Source of the DNA: Takakia lepidozioides
Lineage: Eukaryota > Plantae > Bryophyta
Reading direction: 5' to 3'
Length of the DNA stretch: 64,000 nucleotides
NCBI GenBank assembly: GCA_030704615.1
Contig: CM060733.1
Coordinates: 52,266,001 to 52,330,000, forward strand
Shown one piece after another: positions 26,890-40,727 of this stretch. Under the pieces are notes generated by a model that was given only the letters and a program-made list of their open reading frames with translations, made no database searches and was not told where the DNA came from. Each line of letters opens with the position of its first letter. Positions within the stretch are counted from its first letter, which is position 1. A program made the translations under genes and the position numbers.

Positions 26890-27289
26890 GTCAACATGTA
26901 TCACACTATCTCTCTCACCCCCCCAGACCTGGCAGGTGTCAATCAGTGCACATTTCTTTTTTGATTAGAACAAAGCTGCCGTTTTCACTATAAGGGGACT
27001 GTCATTGCTGCAAACATCCACATGTACTGCTTTATGACAATGTCCATGCCACCCCTTTGGCCTATGACACATAACCCTGTAATGGACATCATTGCTTGCT
27101 TATGAGCGTTACGGGACTTTCAGGCTTATTTCCTAGCCAGCAATCCCTTTCTATTGAGAAGGTAAGTTGTTGGAGCTCTTGAAGTTTATTCTCAAAACAT
27201 TTCCTGGGGAGGGGAGATGGGAAAAGATCTGCAAAGAAATCATAGTGTTGTACAGTTTGTGAAGTCAATAGTCTGTAGAAATGCCTCAA
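26390..27289 (-). mobile_element. Degenerate LINE ORF2 remnants (last menA intron and downstream)
   Basis: GVCRQGAPGSLP resembles the RT motif GVRQGxPLSP; FYRLLTS...NKPESP resembles the pre-RT region. Weak. Confidence 0.35.
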
Positions 27290-29400
27290 TGCAGCTGATT
27301 GAATGTAGTCATCTTTCCTCTTCAGTCATGGAGTAGCTGTATCTGTTCGAGTCTTTGGTTGTACGTGAAGTGAGCATATTCTTTCTTTCTCTTCATGCCC
27401 TCTGGTCTGATGTGAATGCCAGCCCTTAGTCAACACTCAATTAAACGTGTGTCATTTGCAGGGTTAGCAATATGTCAGGTTTGTGACATTGAGTTGTGTT
27501 GCTCACAGGTGACAAAACCCATGATACCAAATTCTGACAACACGAAGGGGCATCCCCAGAGGGGGTACCCAGGCGTAGGGGGCCAAGAGGAGGAATGATT
27601 GCCATTGCAAAGGGAGAGCTTTAGTTTCCACCTCCTGCTGATTCTTTGGAGCTTGCCTTTCTAGAATGTATGGATTGCTCACCGCTGAGCGTTCTCTTGG
27701 TTATATAGAGAAAAGGCGAAGTTCATTTGCTGAAGGAAAGAATACTTATCTTTTCCTCGTGTGCTCATACAAAACCTTAGTGAAACCTTAGTGATGACTT
27801 ATAATAATATCTTACATATTTGATTCCAGTTTGAGTCTCCTCGCATTTAGTTATTTTTATCTTAATTAACTCAATAAAGACAGCATCAGATCTCAAGGAT
27901 TCATGAGAGGATGTGCTAGCTCTTGCACTGATTTACACAACCATCAATTTGACCATACAACCATTAAGAGAGCACTTTGAGGAAGTTACATAGGGTTTTT
28001 TGATTTATTGTGTATCCCAGTATTATGTAGACGTGGGGGTTATTTTGCTTAGTCATGGATTCTCCACCATCTATATCAAAGGCTTCCAACTTTCGAAAGT
28101 TGCTATCCACAGCAGACTAAGGAAACAAGTCCTAGTTGAGACTCGGGCGGGGCATTATCCAGAAATTATGTAGGTATTCACAAGTGTTTGTTGTCTTGAT
28201 CTTTTGCATATAACATGCTTCAGGCATTTGTTCTTGACCTGTTGGCTTCATGTGTATTGACTCCACTCCCACTTTTCTTGCTGATTTAGCTGTTCCTGCT
28301 GCATACAGGGCAAGCTCACTCATTGCAGCATGGTCTTGTAGGGAGGATTGCTATTGTCTTTATTTAATTCTGGTTCTAACCCTTTTAGGTATATCATACG
28401 GTCGCAACCTCTTTCCAGAGATTTCCAGCCCCTAATTTCCAAGATGAAAATTAAATAAAGATAATAGAATACAACCCTCCGTCGAAGGTGTGAAGTGCCC
28501 AATTCTACTAGTAGAGTTTGTGGAGGGAAAGAGGGAGAATCACAGAGGAAAATTGACGTCAGCTTGTTCATGTATCCATTGATGTAGTGCATTCGAAAAG
28601 ACAGTTGTAACCACTTTTGTTGTTCCTATGTGGTGGAATTAAAATTTCCACTGACTGGATCATCATGTTTGTCTTGTTTGCAACTGCTCAGTGACCTGTG
28701 ATAACTACCCTACCTCACATAAATAGGAAACTCCCTTTGGTTTATGAAACAGAAGCAGGCTTCTGCATGTACAGAAACCTGAAGAAAGATCCAACGTGGG
28801 AGAACGTACAAGAACATGTTTACTTCCCAAGTATCATGTAGTTCTGTCATGCAGAACTCAGATCAGTAAGCTCAGACTGTCTTTTGAGTAGGTAGTAGGT
28901 ACCTCCCTTCCACCAGCTGCAATCCAGGACGATTAAGTGTCTCCTTGATGTGAATGAAGTTTGCTCCTTTTTGAGGAATGGAGATCAGCAATCAAGGAGT
29001 CCATGTGTGGAAAGAGCAGGAAACCTAACATTATTTTACAGCAGATCTACGTTTTGTAATGTTGGAGGGAGACTGCAAGACCTCCTAAAATACACATGTA
29101 CCTACCCACTCAGCACTGTGTACACAGTAAAGTACAATAACGGGCATACCTTGTCAGTAGAAAGAACTGGTATAGACAGGCTATTTTGATATGGAGGACC
29201 AAAGCAATCAAGGTCAATCTGTAAGAGCAATCAAATTACAAGCCTCACTGGCAAACAAAACAAGTTTTGGTAAGCAACCTTCTTTAGAGCTAAATTTCCT
29301 CAATGATACCGAACCAAGCAATGCTGTGCATAATGCTCGCTGCATTCTCCAATTTGGCAGATGCCTACTGTTGCTATTATACAACCACAAACTAAATGTT

Positions 29401-31998
29401 TCAAGGACCCACTGCAGCAGTTACAGGCAGGAATGAACTTTCAAGCCCTGCCTCCAAGAGTAGCCTTTTAGTTAAGTTTTTGAGCCTATCCATTGCATTC
29501 TTGGTGAGCTCCAAAGCTGTATCCCTCTCACTTAATCTTGCTTTCAGTTGTTCCAGACTTTCCATGTGTTCCATCAGTACAGGAGCTGCAACACTCCCAT
29601 TGTGATGATGGGTTAGTGAAGAAGAAGATGACGACACTGGACTGTGACTTGATTCAGGACATGAACCATCCACACGCCATTCTTCAATAAGCTCCTGACT
29701 CAACTCTGCTAGGCTGCGCAAAGCAGACGTAGCTGTCTCTGCTTCCAGCTTTGCAATCTCTACCTCCAATTGCCCGACTGCTGAGTCCCCAACACTTTTC
29801 TGCCCCTGTGGCTGGACCACTGTGTGCAGCACACTGACTTTCTTAGCTCCCTCCATGACAGCCTCCCGCATTTGGGCAAGTTCAGCTTCACGGGCCTCCC
29901 AGTGACTCAGCAGCTGCTTCAGGTCGTGGTCCTTGCTAGCTAGAGCACGCTGGGCTGCAACCAGCTGCAGGTCCTTATCATATAGACACTCCTTCACTGC
30001 CTCCAGCTCTCTTTCCATCTCCTGACGCCCTGCTCCATCCTCCAGCCGCTTCATTTGTTGCCGCTCCACCTGCATCTCTGTCTCCAGCAAAGCACGCTTG
30101 GTGGCGAACAGCTCACAGTTGGTCCGCATCAGCACTAAATCCTCCTCCATGACACCATGTCTGGCTGTGGATTCCACAAGTGCCCGCGACAATGCAGTGA
30201 TCTGTTGTACTACTGACGTGGCCTGTGAAAGTTGCACATGGCTGTCATCCAAATCAACTCGTAAAGCAGCTAACTCCTCCTCCTTCTCCCGCAAAAGGCT
30301 AGTAAGACGAGCCAGCTGTTCCTCCTTTGCCTGCAACAAACCCTTGACACTAGACACTTCAGTTTGAAGTGCCTCAACAAATTTCTGAGCCGCCTGTAGT
30401 TCGATGTCTTTCTCGCTGAGGACGAGTTTTAAACAAGAGAAGTCAGACTTAACATGCTGGAGCTCTAACTTCATCGCAACCAATCCTGCCTCCTTGAGTT
30501 GTACCAAGAGTTGTGTGTCAGACAATGTCGAGTCCCTTTGCTGGACCTCCCTCTCAAGTGACTTGACTAACGACATGGATTCCTGTAAAACCGCCTTCTC
30601 CTTCACCAATGCTGCCTGCAACATGTCAACCTCTCTTCTCTCTTGTCTAAGCTGCTCCTCAAGATCCTTCTGAGCTAGCTTTCCTCTCATAACCTGTTCT
30701 TTCTCCCTCTCTAACTCAGTCCTGGAAAGTTCTAGACTGCTTTCATAATTCTTCAACATGGCCTCGTGGGATGCAAGGTCTTCACGCTGGAGCTCCAGCA
30801 GCTTACCCTGATCCTCCACAGACAGTCGAAATTTGGCAACGGCTGTTTGAGATTCCTCCAGTTCACCCTGCACCTCAGCAAGAAGCGCTTTAAGACGTGC
30901 CAACTCTGCCTGTGCTGATGCCGCACTGGTTTTGTTATGGACCAGATCCCGCTGAAACACCTTCATAATCTCCTGTGCACTCAACCATGCCATGACACTC
31001 TCTTTTAGCTCTGCCTCTGTCTTTTCCAGTTTCTCCTGCTTCTGCTGACCCTCTTTGTCAGACCTCTGCAATTCAGCTTCCTTCTCACGAAGAGATGCTT
31101 GGAGGAACTCTACACCAAGCAACTGCTTTGAATAGAGCTCGTTTGCATGCTGAAGTTCCTTCTCCTTCAATTTGATCTTGGAGGAAGCCTCTCCAAGAGC
31201 ATCCTCTCTCTCCAACAAAGAGTTCCTGTGTCTGCTCAACTCTTCGTGTTTTTGGACAAGGGCTTCTTGAGTGCTGTGTAGTTCTGTGTCTTTCTCCTTC
31301 ACTGCCTGCTTTGCTTTCTCCAACTCTTCCACCTGCAGAATCAACTCGCTGCTAACTCGACGAAGCTCCTCCTGTTTCCCAATTTGGCAGCTGTGAGCAG
31401 CTTCAAGCTCCTTTTCGCGAAGCACAAGTGCTGCCCATGCCATTTGAACCTCCTCCTGGTCAGCTTTGACTGCCTGCTCTGCAGTGTGGAGCTCCTCTTC
31501 CTTTGCCCGCAACGCACTCAGTGCAGCACTGAGGTCCACTTCCAACTCCATTACTGCAAGCTCCAATCCTGTCTCTGAAGCATACCTGGGGTCTGACATC
31601 CTGTCCTCATGCCATTGTGCCTGCTCAAACAACCGCTCTAATGCAGCCCTGACAGGTCCACCTTGCCCACTGTTGCCAGTGTGCCCACTACTTTCAGCCT
31701 TCCCACTGGATTTGTCCAGTACAGAGTGTACCCAAAACACTTGTCCCCACTGACATGCCCCACTGCCACCAATGTGGATATGTGTTTTTCCCGATGTCCT
31801 GAGCTTTCCCTGCATTATTACATCCAGACGATGTAGTTTACCATCCTCACAAGCCCATGACACAGGGCTTCTTACTTCCTGTTTGCCAATTCCGAGGCAA
31901 CTCTGACATAGTGTATTAAACAAGCTCAGAAGAAACCCTCCAACTCTGTTTTTCTTCCTGTCAGATTGCCATCTGCAACGTCGGCAAGCTGACCTCAA
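29401..31998 (-). CDS. PII1/MRC: Long coiled-coil plastid protein, MRC / PROTEIN INVOLVED IN STARCH INITIATION 1 homologue; start unresolved
   Basis: 865-codon open frame with heptad pattern; VHSVLD...LERLFEQ...LEVDLSAALSALRAKEEELHTAE matches the At4g32190-type N-terminus as I recall it. Confidence 0.8.
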   Translation of the reverse strand: MRSACRRCRWQSDRKKNRVGGFLLSLFNTLCQSCLGIGKQEVRSPVSWACEDGKLHRLDVIMQGKLRTSGKTHIHIGGSGACQWGQVFWVHSVLDKSSGKAESSGHTGNSGQGGPVRAALERLFEQAQWHEDRMSDPRYASETGLELAVMELEVDLSAALSALRAKEEELHTAEQAVKADQEEVQMAWAALVLREKELEAAHSCQIGKQEELRRVSSELILQVEELEKAKQAVKEKDTELHSTQEALVQKHEELSRHRNSLLEREDALGEASSKIKLKEKELQHANELYSKQLLGVEFLQASLREKEAELQRSDKEGQQKQEKLEKTEAELKESVMAWLSAQEIMKVFQRDLVHNKTSAASAQAELARLKALLAEVQGELEESQTAVAKFRLSVEDQGKLLELQREDLASHEAMLKNYESSLELSRTELEREKEQVMRGKLAQKDLEEQLRQERREVDMLQAALVKEKAVLQESMSLVKSLEREVQQRDSTLSDTQLLVQLKEAGLVAMKLELQHVKSDFSCLKLVLSEKDIELQAAQKFVEALQTEVSSVKGLLQAKEEQLARLTSLLREKEEELAALRVDLDDSHVQLSQATSVVQQITALSRALVESTARHGVMEEDLVLMRTNCELFATKRALLETEMQVERQQMKRLEDGAGRQEMERELEAVKECLYDKDLQLVAAQRALASKDHDLKQLLSHWEAREAELAQMREAVMEGAKKVSVLHTVVQPQGQKSVGDSAVGQLEVEIAKLEAETATSALRSLAELSQELIEEWRVDGSCPESSHSPVSSSSSSLTHHHNGSVAAPVLMEHMESLEQLKARLSERDTALELTKNAMDRLKNLTKRLLLEAGLESSFLPVTAAVGP

Positions 31999-34781
31999 CT
32001 AGCCAATTTCAGGATACAAATCATCAAAAGCAAAAGAATTGTGTTCAGTGCTGACATTCCCTCATAACACCTCACGCATTACCAGACTCACAGTCCCACC
32101 TGCTAACTCGGCTTTTTCAAAAGAGCTTAGCTTTCTGAAGGCAGTAACGGAGAAGAATTTTACATCTCATCACAGCCATAAGCCCACGTAACGACCATTG
32201 GCACAAAATGGCTACCGACCCCTCGTCACTCTGTTCTTGCCTGTCCGGTGATTTTTTAAAGTACCACTTTCACCAACATGTTTACCAGAGCGAGAATATC
32301 ACATACCTTTGAATGACCATCCAGCGAAGCTACAAAGCTCCTGTTCGTCTTCAACCCATCCATCAGACCACGACAGGCTACTGTTGAAGCCATCCTCGTC
32401 TCCAAATTCCAAACCCTTGATTCCAACCTTCCTCCTGGCAGATTCCGCAGCCGTAAGCAGATCCCTTGTTCTCAAGAGGATTTCATCCCCACCCACCACC
32501 CCGAAATCTCTCTCGTCCTTTTCCTCCCTATCTATCCCAAATCTTGCACAATCCCAGTCAACGTACTCCCCCCTTCCCCCAGCTCCTTTCTACAAAATCA
32601 ACCTTCATACTTCATACCTCCTCACACCCCTCCCGCTCCAGCTCCTAGACCTCCACTGGCCCACACACGCTACAAAATCCATGACATTCTTCCTGCTTCT
32701 TTGCTCGTACGAAGGATCTGCGGCCTCGCCCTATGGAATACTATTTGGACGGCGACGTGGCACGGTGTCGTGGCGGCCTCTGTGACCCGTTACCAAGTAA
32801 TGCCAAAAATAATTTACATGTACCTTTTCCCCTGCCCAGGTACATGAGTATTTCTGCCCAAAGGGAACACGAGGAAAATAAAAGGGTTGTACTTGCAAAC
32901 GTGCATCGGGGTGCAGATGCAGACAGACTCTTGCATTCCCTGTGAATTGACAACGACAAGGAATCTGCGGGCTCATGTCCTTCATACTGGCTCTCTGTTT
33001 CCCAGACCGCACACCAATCACCAGTCTGCGAAACTGCATTGTGCGCCCACCTGCTGACCAAACTGCCCATGACTTCTCTGAGCTGCGACCTGCATTCAAG
33101 CACAGTTTGAAAAACTATCCCTTGAAGAGCGGGTAACCAGCCACAGCATTTCTGATTCAAAGACACGAGGAACGGCTGACTCTAAGGGAATTTTACTATC
33201 TGGACTGTGTGCTGTATCTTGGCCGATTGGTTGTTGGTCATCAATTTGTTATTTGGTGCATTAAGGATGCAAAGGCAGTCTTCAACAATATGGCTGAACA
33301 AAATGTGGTGTCGTGGAACGCGATGATTGCAGGGTATGCACAGCAGGGACGCAGGGTGGAAGCTTTGGAGACCTATGAGCAAATGATGGGGGAAGGGGTG
33401 AAGCCCAACCACATCATGTTTGTGTGTGTTTGCAATGCATGTGCAAGCCTGGCAGCTCTAGAAAAGGGCAAAGAGGTCCATGGAAACATAGTCAGAGCTG
33501 GAATTGTACCCAATGTCATTCTGAACAATGCCCTCGTGGACCAGGGGTGATGCCCGACAGGGTCACGTTTACGTGTGTGCTCAATGCGTGTTGTAGGCTA
33601 GGGGCCCTGGAAAAGGGCGAAGAGGCCCATGCTCACATCATCAAAGCTGGATTTTTGGACTGATATCTTTCTGGAGACTGCCTTTGTCGAAAGGTATGCC
33701 AAATGTGGGAGCATGAAGGATGCACTGAAAGTATTTGACAAAATGGCTGAACGGGATGTGGTTTCCTGGAGCGTCATGATAGCAGGATATGCCCAGCAGG
33801 GTTGTGGCACAGAGGCCATTAAAATTTATGATAGAATCCAACAGGAAGGTGTGATGCCCGACAGGGTCATATATTCATTTGTGTTCTCAATGCTTGTGCT
33901 AGCATGGTGGCCCTGGAGAAGGGCAAAGAGATCCATGCTGACATTATCAAAGCTGGAATTCCGTCATATATTAATATGGAGACTGCCCTTGTTGCAGACA
34001 AGTATGCGAAATGTGGGAATGTAAGGGAGGCCTATCTAGTGTTCAACAATATGGCTGAGCGAGACACGGTCTTATGGAGTGCAATGACATGCCAATGCAT
34101 ATCTGCCACATGCAAGTACAAGGCTGGCTCTTGTATGCCCTTCCTCCTTTACATGGTTCACAACTGTGCCATACTTTCCCTTTCTTGACTGTTTCTCCCC
34201 TAATTCAGAGTTTGAGAAGTCATGAATTATGACGGATGTGTAAATCTTTAACAGTTAGTGCTTTCAGGTATAGCGCTGCATGTTGCATGCTATCACCACT
34301 CTCTTGTTGAATGCCAGTCTCGCTGCTCAATGCTAACCGTGGCCTTTCCCACATTCGATCAGCTTCGGTTTTCGTGCAAAGGCTCCGCAGATCACATCAT
34401 TTTGCTTGCTTAGGCTTGTGAACGTGTTTTGGTCATGACAGCCACATCATCAATCATGATGGTAAGGTTGTTTGCTTTTGGGCCCTTTTCCAAGCATTGA
34501 ATAGCTTCTGTGAGGCAGAGAAAGTTTGGGGTAAGGAATCAACAAGAAGTGATACAAAGTATGCTGATCAGCATAACAATGTTTTTCTGATGGAGTGAGA
34601 TGTTTCTGAAACTCAACAATGGTTGTCACAGACACATTCAATAACTGAGCATTCAGACGGGGAACTTTGAAGGCAGTGGAGATTACTGAAAGTACCAGAA
34701 GGAGAAAGAGGCTTAAATGGACACTGCAGACATGTCTTCCTTCAAAATATGACTTGCTAAAGAGTGTGTTTTGAATTGGCA

Positions 34782-35082
34782 GTACGGGTGAGAGATCATG
34801 TCACCTCCCGTCTGATAGGGCACAATCAGGAGGTGTGTGGCCTCAAGTGGTCACCGTCAGGCCAACAGCTAGCAAGTGGAGGCAATGACAACTTGCTCTA
34901 CATTTGGGATGCAGCTGTCACATCATCATCACCTGAGTCAGCAGTCTATCTACACAATGGTAGTCTCCGCTGCTGCGGATGAGACACTTCGCTTTTGGAA
35001 GGTATTTGGGATGGCACAACCTGTCAAGGTCTCCATGGGAGGAACTGGTGATCTGTCATTGCGAAGTATTAACATAAGATAG
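34782..35082 (+). pseudogene. CDC20: Internally deleted CDC20/Fizzy fragment
   Basis: GHNQEVCGLKWSPSGQQLASGGNDNLLYIWD joined out of frame to VVSAAADETLRFWKVFG...INIR* (IR tail); intron acceptor CAG at 34781. Confidence 0.85.
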
Positions 35083-38000
35083 GAGCGCCAGCTGTGGACT
35101 ACAAAAATCAGAGCTCCAACATAGCAGGAAGCAAAACATTGATGCCTTGGGACAGGGGGTCACCACCTCAACAGAATGCTGGTTTTAAAAGCATAATGAA
35201 CATTTTCCGCCATCGTTCACCTTTCCGCCATATCCATGGAGCATTGCAACCTTGTGTAGAATAAGGCGAACATCAAAGGCTGGTGGTTGTCTAAATTATT
35301 GCACCAGATTCATCCTGAACACTGCCCTGGTGGACATATGCCAAATGTGGGTGAATCGAGGATGCGAAGGGAGTTTTCTACACTGTGGCTGAACGAGATG
35401 TGGTGTCGTGGAACGCGATGCTTGCAGGGTATGCACAGCAGGGGCATGGGATGGAGGCTTTGGAGACCTATGAACAAATGATGGGGGAAGTGGTGAAGCC
35501 TGACCTCATCACGTTTGTGTGCATTTGCAGTGCGTATGCAAGCCTGGCAGCCCTGGAAAAGGGCATGGTTGCATCGCCAAAGCTGGAATTGTACCAGATG
35601 TGGTTCTGAACAATACCCTCGTGGACATGTATGCCAGATGTGGAATGCGATGATCGCAGGATAAACCCAGCATGTTGTCATAGGGAGGTCCTGCAACTAT
35701 TTGAAGGAATGCAAAAGAACGGCTTGAAGCTGGACATTCTTTATATGTGTTCTCTCTGCATGCAGCCACACTGGCCTACTGGATGAAGGAAGACACTACT
35801 TCGATTCCCTGAGTCAAGATCATGGTATCACTCCGACAGTAAAGCACTTTGGCTGCATGGTGGACCTTCTTGGACGTGCGGGACAACTGGATGAGGCAGT
35901 GGACCTGGTTAGCTCGTTGGGTGGATCTGTGGTGGTTTGGAATGACTTTGACAAGTAACTGCTGATGTGGCAGCAGGAAAGTATCCAAAAACAGATAACA
36001 GAGATAAGGATCTACCAAGCATGGGTGTGGTACGAATGCTTTGGAGACCTATGAGCAAATGATGCATGAAGGGGTGAAGCCCAACCATATCACGTTTGTG
36101 CCCTGGCGGACAGGTATGCCAAATGTGGGTGCATTGTCAGACCTGCAATTGTACAAAATGTCATTCAGAACAATACCCTTGTGGACATGTATGAAGGGAG
36201 TGTTCGACAGTATGGCTGAACGAGATGTTGTGTCGTGGAGTGCGATCATTGCAGGATATGCACAGCAAGGGTGCGGGATGGAGGCTTTAGAGATCTAGGA
36301 ACAAATGTTGCGCGAAGGGGTGAAGCCCAACCACATCACATTTGTTTGTGTTTGCAATGCGTGTGCAAGCCTGGGAGCTCTGGAAAAAGGGAAAGAGGTC
36401 CGTGGTGACATCCTCCAAGCTGGAATTGTACCAGATGTCATTCTGAACACTGCCCCGGTGGGACAGGTATGCCAAATGTGGGTGCATTGTCAGACCTGCA
36501 ATTGTACAAAATGTCATTCAGAACAATACCCTTGTGGACATGTATGAAGGGAGTTTTCGACAGTATGGCTGAACGAGATGTGGTGTCATGGAGTGCGATG
36601 ATTGCAGGATATGCACAGCAAGGATGCGGGATGGAGGCTTTGCAGACCTACGAGCAAATGTTGTGTGAAGGGGCGAAGCCCAACCACATCACATTTGTTT
36701 GTGTTTGCAATGCGTGTGCAAGCCTGGGAGCTCTGGAAAAGGGGAAAGAGGTCTGTGGTGACATCGCCAAAGCTGGAATTGTACATGATGTCATCCTGAA
36801 CACTCCCCTGGTGGACATGTATGCCAAATATGGGTGCATTAAGGATACGAAGGGAGTTAATTTCAACACCATGGCTGAACGAGATGTGGTGTCATGGAAC
36901 GCGATGCTTGCAGGGGTATGCATAGCAGGGGCGTGGGATGGAGACTTTGGAGGCCTATGAGCAAATGATGGGGGAAGGGGTGAAGCCACATCACGTTTGT
37001 GTGCGTTTGCAGTTCGTGTGCAAGCCTGGCAGCCCTGGAAAAGGGCAAAGAGGTGCATGGTTGCATCGCCAAAGCTGGAATTGTACCAGATGTGATTTTG
37101 AACAATACCCTTGTGGACATGTATGCCAAATGTGGGTGCATTAAAGATGCGGATGAAGTGTTCAACAGTATGGCTGAACGAGATTTGATGTCATGGAATG
37201 CCATGCTTGCAGGATATGCACAGCAGGGGCGCGGGATGGAGGCCTTGGAGACCTATGAGCAAATGATGGGTAAGGGGTGAAGTGCGACCACATCACGTTT
37301 GTGTGCGTTTGCAATGCTTGTGCAAGCCTGGCAGCCCTGGAAAAGGGCAAGGGTGCATGGTGACATCATCAAAGCTGGAATTGTACCAAGGTTGCAATGT
37401 GTGTGCAAACCTGGGAGCCCTGGAAAATGGGAAAGAGGTCCGTGGTGACATCGTCAATGCTGGAATTGCTCCAGATCCATCCTGAACACTGCCCTGATGG
37501 ACATATGCCAAATGTGGGTGGATCGAGGATGCGAAGGGAGTTTTCAACACTGTGGTTGAAAGAAATGTGGTGTCGTGGAACGCTATGCTTGCACGGTATG
37601 CACAGCAGGGGCACGGGATGGAGGCTTTGGAGACCTATGAACAAATGATGGGGGAAGTGGTGAAGCCCTCATGGAGTGCAATGATTGCAGGATATTAAAG
37701 TGGAGAACAGCCTTCTTGACGCCAAATGTGGGAGCGGAAAAGATGCACGTCAGGTTCTCGACAAAATGCCTGAACGAGATGTAGTCTCATGGAATGCCAT
37801 GATTACAGGATATGTTGAGCATGGCTATGCTGAAGAGGCTTTCAAGATACAAGCAAATGGAACTGGACGCGATGACACCGAACAGGGTCACGTTCGTTTC
37901 TGTTGTCAATGCATGTGCCAGTCTAGGGGCCCTGGAAAAGGGCACGTAGGTCCATGCTGATATTAACAAAGCTGGGGTTGTGTCATATATTAACTTGGAC

Positions 38001-38454
38001 AATGTCCTTGTTAACATGTATGCCAAATGTGGGAGTGTTCACGATGCACGTCAAGTGTTTGAAAATATGGTTCAGTAAGCATGGAATGCCATAATTGCAG
38101 GATATGCTCAGCATGGGTGTAGTACAGAGGCCTTCCAACTATTTGAACAGATGCAGCAAGAAGATTGAAGCCAGATGGTATCACCTTCATTTCTCTTCTA
38201 TCTGCTTGTAGGCATGTAGGCCTGGTGGATGAAGGCCACCACTTGTTTGGTTCCAGGCAAAAGAGGTCATCAACAAAATGCCAATTGAACCAGATGCTCT
38301 GGTTTGGGGGACCTTGCTTGCTGCTGCCAGAATTCATGGGGATGTGGAGGTAGCAGAACATGAAGCAAAATCTCTTCTCAAGTGCGATCCCAACCACCAT
38401 GCAGCTTATGTGCTGCTATCCAACATCTACGCCGCATCTGGCAGGTGACAATAT

Positions 38455-39240
38455 GACACAACATGATGTGGTTTCATGGAGGACCATGATTGCAGCATAT
38501 GCTCCGCATGAGTATGGCAGGGAGGCTGTTGAGATGTATGAACAAATGCAAAATAAAGGATCTAACGCCCAACACAAACAATATCACCTTTATATGTGTT
38601 CTCTCTGCGTGCAGCCACACTGACCTACTGAATGAAGGAAGATGCTACTTCGATTCCCTGAGTGAAGATCATGGTATCAATCTGACAGTAAAGCACTTTG
38701 GCTGCATGGTGGACCTTCTTGGACGTGCGGGACAACTGGATGAGGCAGTGGACCTGATTTATAAAATGCCAATCAATCCAGATGTTGTGGTGTGGAAGGC
38801 CTTGCTTGGTGCCTGCAAAATCCATGGCAATGTGGAGATGGTTGAATGTGTGGCAACATCTATCCTCAAGTGGGATGAACAGGATGCCACGACTTATGTG
38901 GTGCTATATCAAACATCCATGCTGCAGCTGGCAGGTGGGATGATACTGCAAAGGTGAGAAGAATGATGAAGGTCAGAGGGGTTAGAAAGGAGCCAAATGA
39001 CAAGTTGCATCCCAGAATTAAGGAAATCCATGCTGAGCTGAGAAGATTGTCTGGGCAGATGAAGGAGGCGGGGTATGTGCCTGACACATGCTTTTTATTG
39101 CATGATGTGGAGGAAAGGAATTTTCTCTTAGCCACCACAGTGAGAAGGTGGCCATTGGTTTTGGGCTGATCAGCACGACTCATCAAGAATCTTCGAGTGT
39201 GTGGAGACTGCCACACCTCCACCAAATTCATCTCAAATTA
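38455..39240 (+). pseudogene. P2-L2-S2-E1-E2-DYW deaminase remnant
   Basis: HFGCMVDLLGRAGQLDEA, VWKALLGACKIHGN, GVRKEP, HPRIKEI...MKEAGYVPDT, HHSEKVAIGFGLIST (39133), KNLRVCGDCHTSTKFISK (39200-39214). Frameshifted, PG box deleted, terminal DYW missing. Confidence 0.9.
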
Positions 39241-40599
39241 ATGAGCTTGATGAGAGGGGAAGCCCTGTGCACAAGTTGTTTCAGCATCTAAAATTTGGAC
39301 ATGTTTGTTTGTTTCTCGTGGTGTGGCTTTGGATGGAGCCCTTGATGAACTTACATGAATATTGTCAAAAGCTAGCGTTAACCCACCAAGATCCAATCCC
39401 ACGGTAGATGCTTGAAAGTTCATACATTGAATGTAAGGGTATTTGGGTATGTTGATATTGATTGATGTGGCTTGTGAAAATTGAACGTTGAAATGCAGAT
39501 CCGACATTTTTCTTCCAGGATAAAACAAAACATGGGATTTCTGCATGTAACACGGTGGGGCCGACCCACCCTTTTTTTGTGAAAAATTGAACGTAGTTCT
39601 CAGAATTCGTCGCTAGTAGTGCGGAGCAACGCGAAGCCCTAGTTCTATCGACGACCGAAGGTCGGAAGCTAGTTTAGCGTAGAGCAGGAATAGGGTGCCA
39701 TAGTGCCACATCATCATCACCACATCATCGTAGACACGTCATCATAGCCAGGTCATCGTAGACACGTCATCGTCGTCGTCAATTTCTTTGGAACCTGCCC
39801 GGAATGCCCGGGCGAAATAGGCCAATAGAAATCGCCGCGCCAACGTTTTAGGAACTGCCCGCAATGCCCGGATCTTGATCTTCTTGAACTGCAGGAGCTC
39901 TGCGTTTTCCGCCACCGTTCACCTTGCAAGCACAGGCATGGATAGCTGAAGGAGCAGGGATGAGTGTGGGTCCAGATTCATAGATCGATCCGACATTACC
40001 TGACTACAGACACAAGCAGCACACACAACAGGTTATTGCCAGGCTGTGTTTCAATCTCTGCCTCCTATTAGTACCATGATTTGTTATTCTTCCTGATGTT
40101 TACAAGGTTCTTGCGAGAGTCAGCTTGGTCTTGCCGGGCCGTGTTTCAATCTCTGCCTGCTTAGAGATCCACGCTGACCTTGTTAAAACTGGATTAGCGC
40201 TTACTGGAGTCTGCCCTTGCTGACATGTATGCCGAATGTGGGAGCATGAACTATGCATGTCAAGTTTCAACAATATGGCAAAATGAAATATTGTCCCTTG
40301 GAGTTCAGTGATTGCAGGATGTGCTCTGCATAGGTGCAGCAGGGATGTTTTTGAGACCTACGAGCAAATGCAACATGAAGGGGTAAGGTCGAACAGGGTC
40401 ACGTTCATTTGTGTTCTCAATGCATGTGCTAAATTTGGAGCCCTGGAAAAGGACAAGCAGGTCCCTGCTGACTTTAGGAAAACTGTTGCACATTATATTA
40501 GCTTGGACACAATCAAGGCAAAAAGGTGAATTTCTGTTGGAAGCAGAAGAAAGTCAGCATAGGAACTAGTGTGATAAGTCTAGGCTGTATGAATATCCT

Positions 40600-40727
40600 T
40601 GCTTATAGCTGCATCCATGAGGTGAAATCATGGAAGCTTCGGACGCAGTCCTTGTGGCATTCGCAAAAAGTGGACAACTGAGTCGAAATGCTGCTTGTCC
40701 ATGCGGCTCTGGTAAGAAGTACAAGAG
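40600..40727 (+). pseudogene. SEC-C zinc-binding motif exon fragment
   Basis: DAVLVAFAKSGQLSRNAACPCGSGKKYKR followed by a GT donor; resembles the C-terminus of plant SEC-C motif proteins. Confidence 0.7.

Noticed and set aside
32299-33166. ORFs between MRC and the PPR array
   Set aside because: Probably UTR/promoter or a decayed N-terminus; nothing assignable.
39546-39880. Possible LTR fragment (TGTAACAC start, CATCAT repeats)
   Set aside because: No right terminus or TSD found.
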